This document shows positions 37,723-48,091 of a stretch of DNA of 64,000 nucleotides, piece by piece. This stretch comes from an uncultured Acidobacteriota bacterium (GTDB lineage Bacteria; Acidobacteriota; Terriglobia; Acidiferrales; UBA7541): positions 2,589 through 66,588 of the forward strand of contig CAWFSW010000008.1 in NCBI GenBank assembly GCA_963818605.1. Reading direction: 5' to 3'. Each line of letters opens with the position of its first letter. Position 1 is the first letter of the stretch. The notes under the pieces are model-generated. The model did no database searches. It was not told the DNA's origin and saw only the letters and a list, made by a program, of their open reading frames with translations. The translations under genes were made by a program, and so were the position numbers.

Positions 37723-39276
37723 ATGGGGATCGAATTTCGAGAGCTCTGGCTCTGGGCAAGAAACCGGAAATTCCTCGCGTCGTTCCTCGTCGCCTTCACG
37801 CTCTGCCTCGGCATCGTCATCGGAACTTTGATTTCGGGTCGCGCCATGGCCACACATGCGCAAGCGCCCAACGGCGCTTCGTTGCTGGCGATTCCAGATC
37901 CGATCAGCCTTTCGGGCGCTTTTTCCAGCATCTCGAAGAGTCTGGGCCCGGCGGTCGTTAACATCTCTACAACTCAGGTGATTGAAAAGCCCAAGGGCGG
38001 CGGCAGGAACCCTCACGGCCAAGCAGATCCCTCGTTTCAGGATTTCTTCGACCGCTTTTTTGATTCGCCCGACAATGCGCCGGATGCCGAGCGAAGTCTG
38101 GGTTCGGGCGTCATTGTGGATAAAAAGGGTTTTATCCTCACGAACGACCACGTAATTGACCAAGCCACCAAGATTGAGGTAGCGCTCGACGGAGATTCCA
38201 GCCACTACAGCGCGCGCGTGGTGGGATTTGATAAGGACACCGACCTTGCAGTCATCAAGATCGAAGCCGACCACGATCTGCCCGTCGCCAAGCTTGGCAA
38301 TTCCGATGGAGTGCAGGTCGGAGATTGGGTGCTCGCCTTCGGCAGCCCGTTTGGATTGAATTCCACCGTCACCGCGGGCATCGTCAGCGCCAAGGACCGT
38401 TCGAACGTCGGGCATCAGTTTCAGCGTTTTATCCAGACGGATGCCGCTATCAATCCTGGCAATTCCGGCGGGCCGCTTGTGAGTCTCAGCGGAGAAGTGA
38501 TCGGCATCAATACCGCGATCTATACCGGAAGCCGCGGATTTGAGGGAGTCGGCTTTGCGCTGCCGTCGAATACCGCGATCACGGTCTACAACCAGCTCGT
38601 CACCGCCGGCAAAGTCGTTCGCGGCTCGATCGGAGTCACGTTCCAGGAAGAGAACAGCAACAACCCGGTCTTGATGCGGGAACTTGGCGCGCCGTACGGA
38701 ATCGTCCTCGAAGCAGTCGAGCCGGGCAGTCCGGCCGACAAAGTTGGCCTGCAAGCTGGAGACGTAATCACGAATGTGAACAACCAGCCAGTGCATAGCG
38801 GCGCCGATCTTGTGAATCCAATTGCGCAGACTCCGATTGGCCAATCAGTCCAGGTTCGCTACGTGCGCAATAAACAGGCGAAGGACGTTACGATTACCGT
38901 CGCCGATCGCACGAAGATTTTCCCGCAATCGGCTCAGGATGATGCGGAGCAGCCCGATCAGGCCGAGGAACCGGGACAGTTTGGCCTGCACGTGGAGGAA
39001 CTGACTCCTGACCTCGCGCACAAACTGAGCATGGGAACGATCGAGGGCGCCGTCGTGACGGAAGTCGAGCCGGCGACCTTTGCAGAGGATGTCGGATTCC
39101 TGCGCGGCGACGTGATCACCGAAATCAATCACGTGCCGATCAAATCGCTCGCGGACTACCGTACGCAGATGGCGAAGCTTCAGCCGGGCGCGGACGTGTT
39201 GTTCCGAATCGCGCGCCGCTCCGATGCCGACCGCGTGTTGAGTTTGTATCTGGCCGGTTCCATTCCGGCACACTAA
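37723..39276 (+). CDS. HtrA/DegP/DegQ-family serine protease with two PDZ domains
   Basis: AGGAG upstream. TM anchor. Catalytic motifs TNDHV, DLAVIK and GNSGGPL. Confidence 0.9.
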   Translation: MGIEFRELWLWARNRKFLASFLVAFTLCLGIVIGTLISGRAMATHAQAPNGASLLAIPDPISLSGAFSSISKSLGPAVVNISTTQVIEKPKGGGRNPHGQADPSFQDFFDRFFDSPDNAPDAERSLGSGVIVDKKGFILTNDHVIDQATKIEVALDGDSSHYSARVVGFDKDTDLAVIKIEADHDLPVAKLGNSDGVQVGDWVLAFGSPFGLNSTVTAGIVSAKDRSNVGHQFQRFIQTDAAINPGNSGGPLVSLSGEVIGINTAIYTGSRGFEGVGFALPSNTAITVYNQLVTAGKVVRGSIGVTFQEENSNNPVLMRELGAPYGIVLEAVEPGSPADKVGLQAGDVITNVNNQPVHSGADLVNPIAQTPIGQSVQVRYVRNKQAKDVTITVADRTKIFPQSAQDDAEQPDQAEEPGQFGLHVEELTPDLAHKLSMGTIEGAVVTEVEPATFAEDVGFLRGDVITEINHVPIKSLADYRTQMAKLQPGADVLFRIARRSDADRVLSLYLAGSIPAH

Positions 39277-39407
39277 CGACCCAGCGGATTCCGGTTGGTT
39301 CGCTCCGGGAGCTGTCACATTCCATTTGGATTGTGAAGCCGCTCTTCGTCCAAAAGATCTCTCGCGGCGTTGACTCACCTCCTTCGACAAACTAAGATGT
39401 GCGTCTA

Positions 39408-41663
39408 ATGCCGGAGACACCTTCTCTGATCGGACAGACTTTTTCGCATTACCAGATTCTCAAACAGATCGGCGCTGGCGGAATGGGTGTGGTGTACGAA
39501 GCCCAGGATTCGCAGCTCGGCCGCCGCGTGGCGCTGAAGTTTCTTCCGCCCGAAATGGCGCAGGACAGCCAGTTGCTTGAGCGTTTTCAGCGCGAGGCGC
39601 GCGCGGCTTCGTCCCTAAACCACCCCAACATCTGTACCATCCACGCGATCGAGCAGCATGAGCGCCGTCACTTCATCGTGATGGAGTTACTGCAGGGCGA
39701 GACACTGGCGCAGAAAATGACCCGGCAGCCGATGGAAATTGAGAAGCTGATCCCGATATCCATCGAGATTGCTGACGCCCTCGAATCGGCTCATGCCAAG
39801 GGAATCGTTCATCGGGATATCAAGCCCGCGAATCTTTTTCTCACCGAACGCGGGCAGGTGAAAATTCTCGACTTCGGTTTGGCCAAGGTGAACCAGGGCG
39901 AAATCGCGAGGGGCGTTTCTGCCGAGCAGGCGGAGACGATGGTCGCCGGGATCGAACTCACTTCGCCGGGATCGGCGGTCGGAACCGTCACGTATATGTC
40001 GCCGGAGCAGGCCCGCGGCCAGCTTGTGGACGCCCGGACCGACCTTTTTTCCACGGGAACGGTGCTCTACCAATTGGCCACGGGAACGCTCCCGTTTCAG
40101 GGTGATACCTCTGCAGTTATTTTCGACGCCATCCTGAACCGCGATCCCAAACCAGCCGCCGATATAAATCCATCATTGCCGCCTGATTTCGTGCGCATCC
40201 TGGACAAGTCGCTCGAAAAGGACCGCAATCTGCGCTGCCAGACGGCCACCGAACTGAAAACCGACCTCAGTCGCCTGAAGCGCGATCTCGAATCGGGCAA
40301 GAAACGCGCGAAAGAAAAAACTGATTCGGATCCGGCGGTTCCCAAGCAGACGGGAAAATCCGTGGCCGTCCTCTATTTTGAAAATTTGAGCGGCGCCAAA
40401 GAAGACGAATACCTCCGCGACGGCATCACCGAAGACATCATCACCGAACTCTCCAAGATCCGCGGACTGAACACTTTTTCGCGTCCCACAGTTCTGGCTT
40501 TCAGGGACAAGCCGGTGACGCCCGCGCAGATCGGCCAACAGCTTGGCGCGGCCTATGTCCTCACAGGCACGTTGCGCCGCGCCGGCGCGCGCTTGCGGAT
40601 CAACGCCCAGCTCGTGGACACGCACACCGATTTTCCGCTGTGGTCGGAGCGCTTCGATCGCGAGATGAAAGATGTGTTCGAAGTGCAGGATGAAATGGCA
40701 CGCAAGATCGCGGAGGCATTGCGCGTGACGCTTTCGCCGCAGGAGCTGGAAGCGCTGGCGGTGAAGCCGACGGAAAGCCTGCAGGCCTACGATCTCTACC
40801 TGCGCGGCAAACGATACGCACGGCGGCAGACGCGCCAGGACCTCGAATTCGCGTTACAAATGTTCGAAAACGCCGTGGCCATGGATCCAGCTTTCGCACT
40901 GGCACACGCGGCCTGCGCCAATGCATGCGCGATGTTTTACAGCAACTACAGCCGTGACACTGTCTGGGTGGAACGCGCGCGCGAAGCCTCCGGCAAAGCG
41001 GTCGCCCTGCGCTGGGACCTGCCCGAGGTGCAAGTGAGCCAGGCCTGGGTACTCTATGCCGCCGAGCTGCACGATGAAGCGGTACGGATGGTGCGAAAGG
41101 CGATCGAGCGCAAGCGCGACTGCGAGGGCGCGTATTACCTGCTTTGCCGCGCACTGTTCGCCGCGGGCCGCTATCAGGAAGTTGTGGACGTGACGGATGC
41201 CGCCATCGAAGCGAGCGGCGAGGATTACAACGTCTACGTGCCGATCATGAATTCGCTCGGCGCGATGGGCAAGGAAGAAGTGCGGCGCAACATGGCGCAC
41301 CGGGTGATCGTCGCGCTCGAAAATCATCTGAAACAGGTACCTGAAGACGCTCGCGCGCGTGTGTTGCTGGGAGCGAACTACGCAGATATCGGACGGCCGG
41401 ACGACGCCTTGCGCGAACTTAACCTGGCCGTGACGTTGCGAGCCAACGAGGCCTCCATTCTCTATAACGCCGCTTGCGTGTACTGCGGTCTGAAAAGAAA
41501 GGCGGAAGCGGTAGACGCGCTTCGCAAAGCGTGGGAGGCCGGGTTCAGGGACGCTGTGTGGGCCCGCCGCGACCCAGACCTCGCGCTCCTTCACGGTGAA
41601 GCGGAGTTCGATCGGTTGTACCCAGAGCCTCCCCTGACGGCGCCCGCATCCAATTCCCACTGA
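39408..41663 (+). CDS. Ser/Thr protein kinase with a central TolB-N-like module and C-terminal TPR repeats
   Basis: [25 protein letters not shown] and SPEQ motifs, followed by [13 protein letters not shown]... and TPR-like helices. Confidence 0.9.
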   Translation: MPETPSLIGQTFSHYQILKQIGAGGMGVVYEAQDSQLGRRVALKFLPPEMAQDSQLLERFQREARAASSLNHPNICTIHAIEQHERRHFIVMELLQGETLAQKMTRQPMEIEKLIPISIEIADALESAHAKGIVHRDIKPANLFLTERGQVKILDFGLAKVNQGEIARGVSAEQAETMVAGIELTSPGSAVGTVTYMSPEQARGQLVDARTDLFSTGTVLYQLATGTLPFQGDTSAVIFDAILNRDPKPAADINPSLPPDFVRILDKSLEKDRNLRCQTATELKTDLSRLKRDLESGKKRAKEKTDSDPAVPKQTGKSVAVLYFENLSGAKEDEYLRDGITEDIITELSKIRGLNTFSRPTVLAFRDKPVTPAQIGQQLGAAYVLTGTLRRAGARLRINAQLVDTHTDFPLWSERFDREMKDVFEVQDEMARKIAEALRVTLSPQELEALAVKPTESLQAYDLYLRGKRYARRQTRQDLEFALQMFENAVAMDPAFALAHAACANACAMFYSNYSRDTVWVERAREASGKAVALRWDLPEVQVSQAWVLYAAELHDEAVRMVRKAIERKRDCEGAYYLLCRALFAAGRYQEVVDVTDAAIEASGEDYNVYVPIMNSLGAMGKEEVRRNMAHRVIVALENHLKQVPEDARARVLLGANYADIGRPDDALRELNLAVTLRANEASILYNAACVYCGLKRKAEAVDALRKAWEAGFRDAVWARRDPDLALLHGEAEFDRLYPEPPLTAPASNSH

Positions 41664-41696
41664 GCGTTCCCGCGAACCAACGTACGTGACGCGATC

Positions 41697-42071
41697 ATGG
41701 ACGAAGCCAGCATTTACGGAATCATCGGCGAAGAAGGTTTTACGCGCCTTGTAGCGGCGCTTTACCGCCAGGTCCCGCTAGACGACATTTTGTCGCGCAT
41801 GTATCCAGCGGATGATCTAGCGGGCGCGGAGCAGCGCCTTCGGGATTTTCTGATCTATCGATTTGGAGGTCCGCAGCGATACATCGAAGAGCGCGGGCAT
41901 CCGCGCTTGCGGGCGCGACACATTCCATTTCGAGTTGATCAAACTGCCCGCGACCGCTGGATGCACCTGATGAGCAATGCGTTTGCGGATGCTGCCCTGC
42001 CGGTTGATGTGGAACAACTCCTCCGGGCGTTCTTCGAGCACATGTCCACGTTCATGATCAATCAGCACTAG
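41697..42071 (+). CDS. group II truncated haemoglobin (globin family)
   Basis: FTRLVAALYRQV...RLRDFLIYRFGGPQRY...RGHPRLRARHIPFRVD...RDRWMHLM pattern. Confidence 0.8.
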   Translation: MDEASIYGIIGEEGFTRLVAALYRQVPLDDILSRMYPADDLAGAEQRLRDFLIYRFGGPQRYIEERGHPRLRARHIPFRVDQTARDRWMHLMSNAFADAALPVDVEQLLRAFFEHMSTFMINQH

Positions 42072-42197
42072 CCTTTAGTGCAGGGCTGAAGCGCGCCATA
42101 GCGGGTCAGTTCGAAGAATCATCGGTAGCCGGCAGCATTAATCAGCCAGCGGGCTACGGCCAAGGCAGAGTTTCGGTTACACTCGCATGAACTGACA

Positions 42198-42542
42198 ATG
42201 GCGAAGCGTCTCGCAGCCGCACTGTACGCCTTGACGGCATTTGCCACGCTGAACGTGGGTCTGGCAAGTTTCAACTCCGTTTCCGCGATACTCTCGCCAA
42301 TTGACAATCGGTGGCTGCTGCCTACGTATGCCTTCATTCATTTTTCAGCACCGACGATCTTTCTTTTCGCAAGCATCTCCGCTATATGTTCAACCGACAA
42401 AACAACAACGTCGCGGTGGATCACTACGTCAGTCGTGTTCGTAGTGTTGATGCTGGTTTTTATTCACCATCGCCCGGGGTGGAAACTGTTCTCGGAAGCC
42501 GCCGGTGCCATAATATCGGTAGTTGAACCTCTACCCCAGTAA
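42198..42542 (+). CDS. hypothetical membrane protein, lower-GC orphan
   Basis: 114 aa with 3-4 hydrophobic helices. Visibly lower GC than its neighbours. Confidence 0.4.
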   Translation: MAKRLAAALYALTAFATLNVGLASFNSVSAILSPIDNRWLLPTYAFIHFSAPTIFLFASISAICSTDKTTTSRWITTSVVFVVLMLVFIHHRPGWKLFSEAAGAIISVVEPLPQ

Positions 42543-42621
42543 CGGCAGTATTGCTAGGAATCTCCGACGCGTGTCATACTTTCGTTCCCCGCTACTAGGC
42601 GTGTAATAGGGAGGATTTGCT

Positions 42622-43498
42622 ATGCGAATTCCGGTGCGTTTCTCATTTATTCTAGCCGCCGCGGTGTTGGTGTGTTGTGGCGCAGTTATTCCGTCAGCTA
42701 CGTTTGCGGGCGGCGGCGATCCCGCCAAACCGGCAGCTTCGCCGAAGCCGGACAGCCAGAAAAAAGTTTGGACGAATGACGATGTGGAGCGCCTGAATCC
42801 TGAGTTTGTAGTTGATCGCGCCCCGCACGGCGGCACAAACTCCGCCGCAGCGCTGCCGATTGTCGTTGTGCAGCCCATGCGAACGGCGCCAAAGCCTAAT
42901 GCGCACCGCGCGCCGCTCGATCCGCAGCAAGATCCTCTGTGGTATGGCCAGCAGGTGACCGCGCTGGATGCCGAGCTTTCAGCCATTGACGACCGCGAGG
43001 AACAATTGCGCGAGTTCCGCGCCACGGAGCGCGGGATTGCCGACCGGGCTCGTGCTGAACGCACCCGTCGAGGGAATTACGACCGACAATCTGATCGCCC
43101 AGCTCGAGTCTCGCCGGCAGGAAATCGCGCAGCAAATTGACGCGCTCGGCGATCTGGCTCGGCAGAACAATTTGCCGTCTGGAATTCTGGTGGAAGGGCG
43201 CGGCCTCGTGCAGGTCGCGGGCGAACCTTCCGTCGCGGAGCAAAGGGCAGTTGTGGCCCTGCTGGCGCAAGATGCCTCGGACCAGCTTGCGCAAGTGCAA
43301 GAAGTCGTCGCCGGCATGCAAGAGCAGCTCGCGGCGAAGGGAATCACCCTGGTTCAGCCCACGCCGGGAGAAGGCGGCAATATGACCACCGATCTTCTCG
43401 ACAGGCTCGACAGCCGCGCGGACGCACTCCAGAGCGTAATCAGCGAAGTGGACGATGCCGCACGGGGCTTGGGCGTCCCTCCCGGCGATCTGCGCTAA
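42622..43498 (+). pseudogene. secreted coiled-coil hypothetical protein, reading frame broken once
   Basis: ORFs 42622..43140 and 42968..43498 join as ...EEQLREFRATERG|LPTGLVLNAPVEGITTDNLIAQLE... if one G of the run at 43033-43035 is removed. Signal peptide present. Confidence 0.55.
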
Positions 43499-43652
43499 TT
43501 AGCGCTGGCGAGGCTTTTCGCCGTTACCTCATACGTCCCCCTGTTGGCCCCGCACCTTGAGTCGCCCGGCCAAATCCGGATAATTGAAGTAGGGAAGTCG
43601 GATCGGGCAGCGAAATCCGGCGGATAAGCGTCGAAACAGAGGGACAAATCAG

Positions 43653-44183
43653 ATGAGATGGCTTCCGATCATCGCGTCTTTGGCGATTGCATGCGCGCCG
43701 TCAGCGGCTGCAGCCGCTCCGCGTCCCTCGCCGCAGACGAGCACCTCCACGTCGTCCACGCCCGCGAAACCTGCGAGCCACAAGAAAAAGCATCACTCGA
43801 AGCGTGAGCCCACTCAAAAAGCTCCCACGGCTGATCGCATCTCCGAAATCCAATCCGCGCTCGCGCACGGTGGGTATTATCAAGGCGAGCCCAACGGCAA
43901 ATGGGATTCGAACACAGTCGCCGCCGTGCAGAAGTTTCAGTCAGCCAACGGCATCGAAGCCAACGGCAAGCTGGACGCTCCTACGCTCCAAAAACTTGGG
44001 CTAGGCTCGGACATCGCCGGCGTCTCGGCACCCAAGGCCGCCGCACCGCCAACCTGCTGTTCCACGGCCCCTGCTGCGCCGCCTTCCAGCCAGACTTCGA
44101 CGACGTCTCCCAGAGGTCAAATCGCATCAACAAACCCGTCCTCGGATGGTACCAGCGCACTCCCCAAGGCTTCAGAACACTGA
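43653..44183 (+). CDS. secreted peptidoglycan-binding-domain (PG_binding_1) protein
   Basis: Signal peptide. ISEIQSALAHGGYYQGEPNGKWDSNTVAAVQKFQSANGIEANGKLDAPTLQKLG. Confidence 0.75.
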   Translation: MRWLPIIASLAIACAPSAAAAAPRPSPQTSTSTSSTPAKPASHKKKHHSKREPTQKAPTADRISEIQSALAHGGYYQGEPNGKWDSNTVAAVQKFQSANGIEANGKLDAPTLQKLGLGSDIAGVSAPKAAAPPTCCSTAPAAPPSSQTSTTSPRGQIASTNPSSDGTSALPKASEH

Positions 44184-44588
44184 TCGCGTTGGATGGGAAC
44201 AGAGGCGCAAAATATCGTCATGGCCCAAAGCACGAAAGAGCGAGGTTTGTGCAAGGCAGCCAAGGAAGTTGCTCACCTTATGGCGGTATCGCTCTCACAA
44301 TTTCCGTCATACGAGCAGCAACGGCGGTTGAATGTGATTCACAGGCTTGCGCTCAGCGTTCCTCTGCGTTCTCTACGCCTCTGCGGTAAATCCTAGTTTT
44401 TCTCCTCCGGTTAGCTGGCGTTCAGTCCCAATCGTTCGGCTAAACGGCACCAGCACCTAATAGCAGCGCGATTTGACGCCGCCACTGCGCGATTGCTACT
44501 CTGAATCTTCGCTATTTCTGCATCATCGAATCGCAATGACGAACACACACGCGCCGCAAGCTCACTAGAGCCGCTGGGAGGACCGACC

Positions 44589-46089
44589 ATGGCCACTTCA
44601 TCTGCCCCGAAACTTTTCAAGAACTATATCAACGGTGAGTGGGTCGAAGCCCGCGGCGGCAAGGCTATTGAGGATCGCAATCCGGCGAACACCGCTGAAC
44701 TTGTCGGGATGTTTCCGGCGTCCGGACCCGAGGACGTTGATCTGGCGGTCGAAGCCGCGAAAGCTGCTTACAACAAATGGCGGCTGACGCCTGCGCCCAA
44801 GCGCGCCGAGATTCTGTTTCACGCCGCGGAGATCCTGGTTGCACGCAAAGAAGATTATGCACAGGACATGACTCGCGAGATGGGCAAGGTTCTCGCCGAG
44901 ACGCGCGGCGACGTTCAGGAAGCGATTGACATGACCTATCTAATGGCAGGCGAGGGGCGCCGCCAGTTCGGTCATACGACTCCGTCCGAGCTGCCCAACA
45001 AATTCGCGATGGCGGTTCGGTCGCCCATCGGCGTTGCGGGCATGATCACGCCGTGGAATTTTCCGATGGCGATCCCGTCCTGGAAGGCGATGCCCGCGTT
45101 GATTTGCGGCAATACGATCGTGCTCAAGCCCGCTGAAGACACTCCGCTATCTACGTACAACCTCACGCAGGTTCTTGCGGAGGCGGGCCTTCCACCGGGC
45201 GTCCTGAATGTTGTGTTTGGTTACGGTCCTGATGCCGGCGGGCCGATTCTCAATCATCCGGATGTCGGTCTCGTCAGTTTTACCGGTTCCACCGAAGTGG
45301 GCCGCATCGTGAGCGAGGCGTGCGCGCCGACGTTTAAGAAATGCCATCTCGAAATGGGCGGCAAGAACATCATCATTGTGATGGACGATGCCAATCTCGA
45401 CCTCGCCATTGAAGGAGCAGTCTGGGGCGGCTTTGGCACTACCGGACAGCGCTGCACGGCTGCAAGCCGCGTCGCGGTGCAGAAGGGTGTCTACCGCGAG
45501 TTTGTCGAGAAATTCGTCGCGCGTGTGAAGGCGCTAAAGGTTGGCGGCGGCCTCGACCCCGCGACGCATATGGGTCCGTGCATCAACGAGCAACAGCTTC
45601 AGACGGTGATCAAGTACGTTGGTATTGGCAGTAGCGAGGGCGCGAAGCTTTCCGCGGGCGGCCACCGGCTCGAGACTGGCGCACATGCGCGCGGGTGGTT
45701 CCACGAACCGACGGTCTTCACCGATTGCGACCCAAAGATGCGCATCTGCCAGGAAGAAATCTTCGGCCCAGTCGTCTCCGTGATTCCTTTCGACTCATTT
45801 GACGACGCGATTTCGATTGCCAACGGCGTGAAGTACGGACTTTCTGCCGCAATCTACACGCGCAACGTGAACCAAGCTTTCCGCGCGCAACGCGATCTGG
45901 AGACCGGCATCGTCTACGTGAATGCGCCGACCATCGGCGCTGAAACGCATCTTCCATTCGGCGGTACGAAGAACACCGGCAACGGACATCGCGAAGCCGG
46001 AGCTCGCTGCGCTCGATTTCTACTCCGAGTGGAAGACCGTCTACGTGGATTATTCCGACAAGCTTCAGCGCGCCCAGATTGATAACTAG
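44589..46089 (+). pseudogene. NAD(P)-dependent aldehyde dehydrogenase, C-terminal frameshift
   Basis: Complete ALDH (EMGGKN, catalytic Cys in GQRCTA). The last ~28 residues are recovered in the +1 frame ([26 protein letters not shown], stop at 46087-46089). The shift is near 45999-46010. Confidence 0.85.
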
Positions 46090-46104
46090 CGCGGCTCGAT
46101 CGAA

Positions 46105-47895
46105 TTACACGTTCAGTCCCGCCAGGCGCATGAGTTCGAGGGCATTGCTCTTGGTAACCACGCCATCGCGTAGCTTGTAATCGAATCGCATCTTGCCGTC
46201 TTCCACGTAGTCCTCGAAGTGAGCGTTTCGCACGACAGTTCCCAGCGATTTGGTCATCTCCGTCAGCGCAAGGTCGTGCGTGGTCACGATGCCGATGGCC
46301 CCACGCTCGATGAGCGCCCCGACCAAACTCTCCGCGCCAATCCGCCGGTCGTGCGAATTCGTTCCGTCGAGTAATTCGTCGAAGAGAAATAACACAGGCG
46401 CGCTTGCATTCGTCATTTCGAAGACTTGCCGAATGCGGAGCAGCTCGGTATAGAAGGTCGAGCGCCCTTCCTGCAGTGAGTCCGTGCTCCTCATGCGCGT
46501 CCCGAGCGCGAGAGGCGTGAGCCGCAAACGCTTTCCACGGATGGGCGCTCCGGTCATGGCGAGGATCGTGTTGATGCCGACCGTTCGAAGCAGCGTGCTT
46601 TTTCCCGACATGTTCGAGCCGCTGATTAGCAACACCCGAGTAGTCGCGTCGAGCCGCAAGCTATTCCGGACGCACTTGGAGGCTTCGATCAACGGATGAC
46701 CTAATTCTTCTCCGTCGAAAACCGCAGAGGAATCATCCGCCCCCACCAATTCGGGGAAAGAATCGGCCGGGTGTTCGAAAGAATAGGTCGCAAGCGAGAG
46801 CAGCGCTTCTGCCTCGCCGGCTACATCGATCCACGTTCGCATTTGCGGGCCGCATCTCTTTCGCCACGCTTCCGCAGCTAGCCCGGTCTGGATTGAGTAA
46901 AGTAGCGGCACGTCAATTATTCGGACGATGAGGCTGTCGTGGGCGTCGATCCAGTTGACGATTCGTGCGAATCGTCGAACGCTGCGCGAGGCAGGCTCCG
47001 CGCCGCGTTTCAAGTCCGCCACGAGTTGCTGCAGCCGGGGCGCCGCGAAGGGCTCGCGTTCGAAGCGCTCGAGAATCTGCGAAAACAATACCACGCCCTC
47101 GGAGTTGCAATTCACTCCTGAAATGACCCCCATAGCACGGCGCCGCATTCCACGAAACAAAATCGCCTCCACGACCACAATGGCGAGGAACGGCCATAGA
47201 TTTCCGGTATGGACGAAATAAACGAAGCATGTGGCGGCGACAACCGCAAAAGTAGCTGTGATCGCGCGCACGACCGGCCCTCCAAGAACCGGCGGACTCC
47301 CGCACCATTTCGTGAGCGATTCCGGATTCAGCCGCGCCTTCAAATCTTCTCCGGTCACCGCCAAGTCTTCGCGCAGTTCTAGTCTTGGGCGCAGTTCCGC
47401 GATCAAACCTTGCCGCTCGATGACGGCGCTCACCGGAGAAGGCGACCGCAACCAGTCGGCCAGGCGGTTTTCGCCCATGGGCATGCGCGCAGTAGAAACG
47501 AGTTCGAATAAGCAGCCGTGGCCGAACACATCCAAGTCGTCCGCGTAGACGTGTTTGGAGTCGCGGAACCGGTCCCCGCTTGCACCCGTGCCGCTCCAGC
47601 GGTCTTCCATCCGCGCAAACCCTCTGCGATAAAGTTTGGCCGCAGTTTCCGCGTGCGTGCGAGCGCGGACAATTTGCTCGTGCACAACTCCCAGCACAGC
47701 GTAGACGCCGATGGGCGCGAGCAGCCAGTAGCCGTTGAATGGGTGCCGCGCGAAGTAGAACCAAACGAAGACGATGAATACAGCGATCGCCGCCAATTTC
47801 AAATATCCCAGCAGAATGTGCTGGCGTTCCCTCCTCGCAATTGTCTCGAGTCGCGCGTCCAGACGCTTTCGATATTCCTCGCTCGGATCCAGCAC
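46105..47895 (-). CDS. MutS-related ATPase (domain V only) with N-terminal transmembrane helices
   Basis: Walker A GSNMSGKSTLLRT, STFYTELLRI, Walker B LFLFDELLDGTNSHD, TTHDL. GGGAGGG precedes the GTG at 47895; ATG 48003 is an alternative start. Confidence 0.8.
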   Translation of the reverse strand: MLDPSEEYRKRLDARLETIARRERQHILLGYLKLAAIAVFIVFVWFYFARHPFNGYWLLAPIGVYAVLGVVHEQIVRARTHAETAAKLYRRGFARMEDRWSGTGASGDRFRDSKHVYADDLDVFGHGCLFELVSTARMPMGENRLADWLRSPSPVSAVIERQGLIAELRPRLELREDLAVTGEDLKARLNPESLTKWCGSPPVLGGPVVRAITATFAVVAATCFVYFVHTGNLWPFLAIVVVEAILFRGMRRRAMGVISGVNCNSEGVVLFSQILERFEREPFAAPRLQQLVADLKRGAEPASRSVRRFARIVNWIDAHDSLIVRIIDVPLLYSIQTGLAAEAWRKRCGPQMRTWIDVAGEAEALLSLATYSFEHPADSFPELVGADDSSAVFDGEELGHPLIEASKCVRNSLRLDATTRVLLISGSNMSGKSTLLRTVGINTILAMTGAPIRGKRLRLTPLALGTRMRSTDSLQEGRSTFYTELLRIRQVFEMTNASAPVLFLFDELLDGTNSHDRRIGAESLVGALIERGAIGIVTTHDLALTEMTKSLGTVVRNAHFEDYVEDGKMRFDYKLRDGVVTKSNALELMRLAGLNV

Positions 47896-48091
47896 AACCA
47901 ACCCTCCCGACCGTCGGCCGTAGTCTACTCCAGACGCTACTGCCAATTGACACTTTGACTTAGTGCCCGCAGAATACCGGTGCGGTGGGCAGCGGGCAGA
48001 CATTCTCGCCCAGGGGCAGCTTTCCAATCGCAATTCTATTCGGATGGCGACGTGTGTGCGCACCCGCTTCATCCGGGCGAGGACTTGTCCC

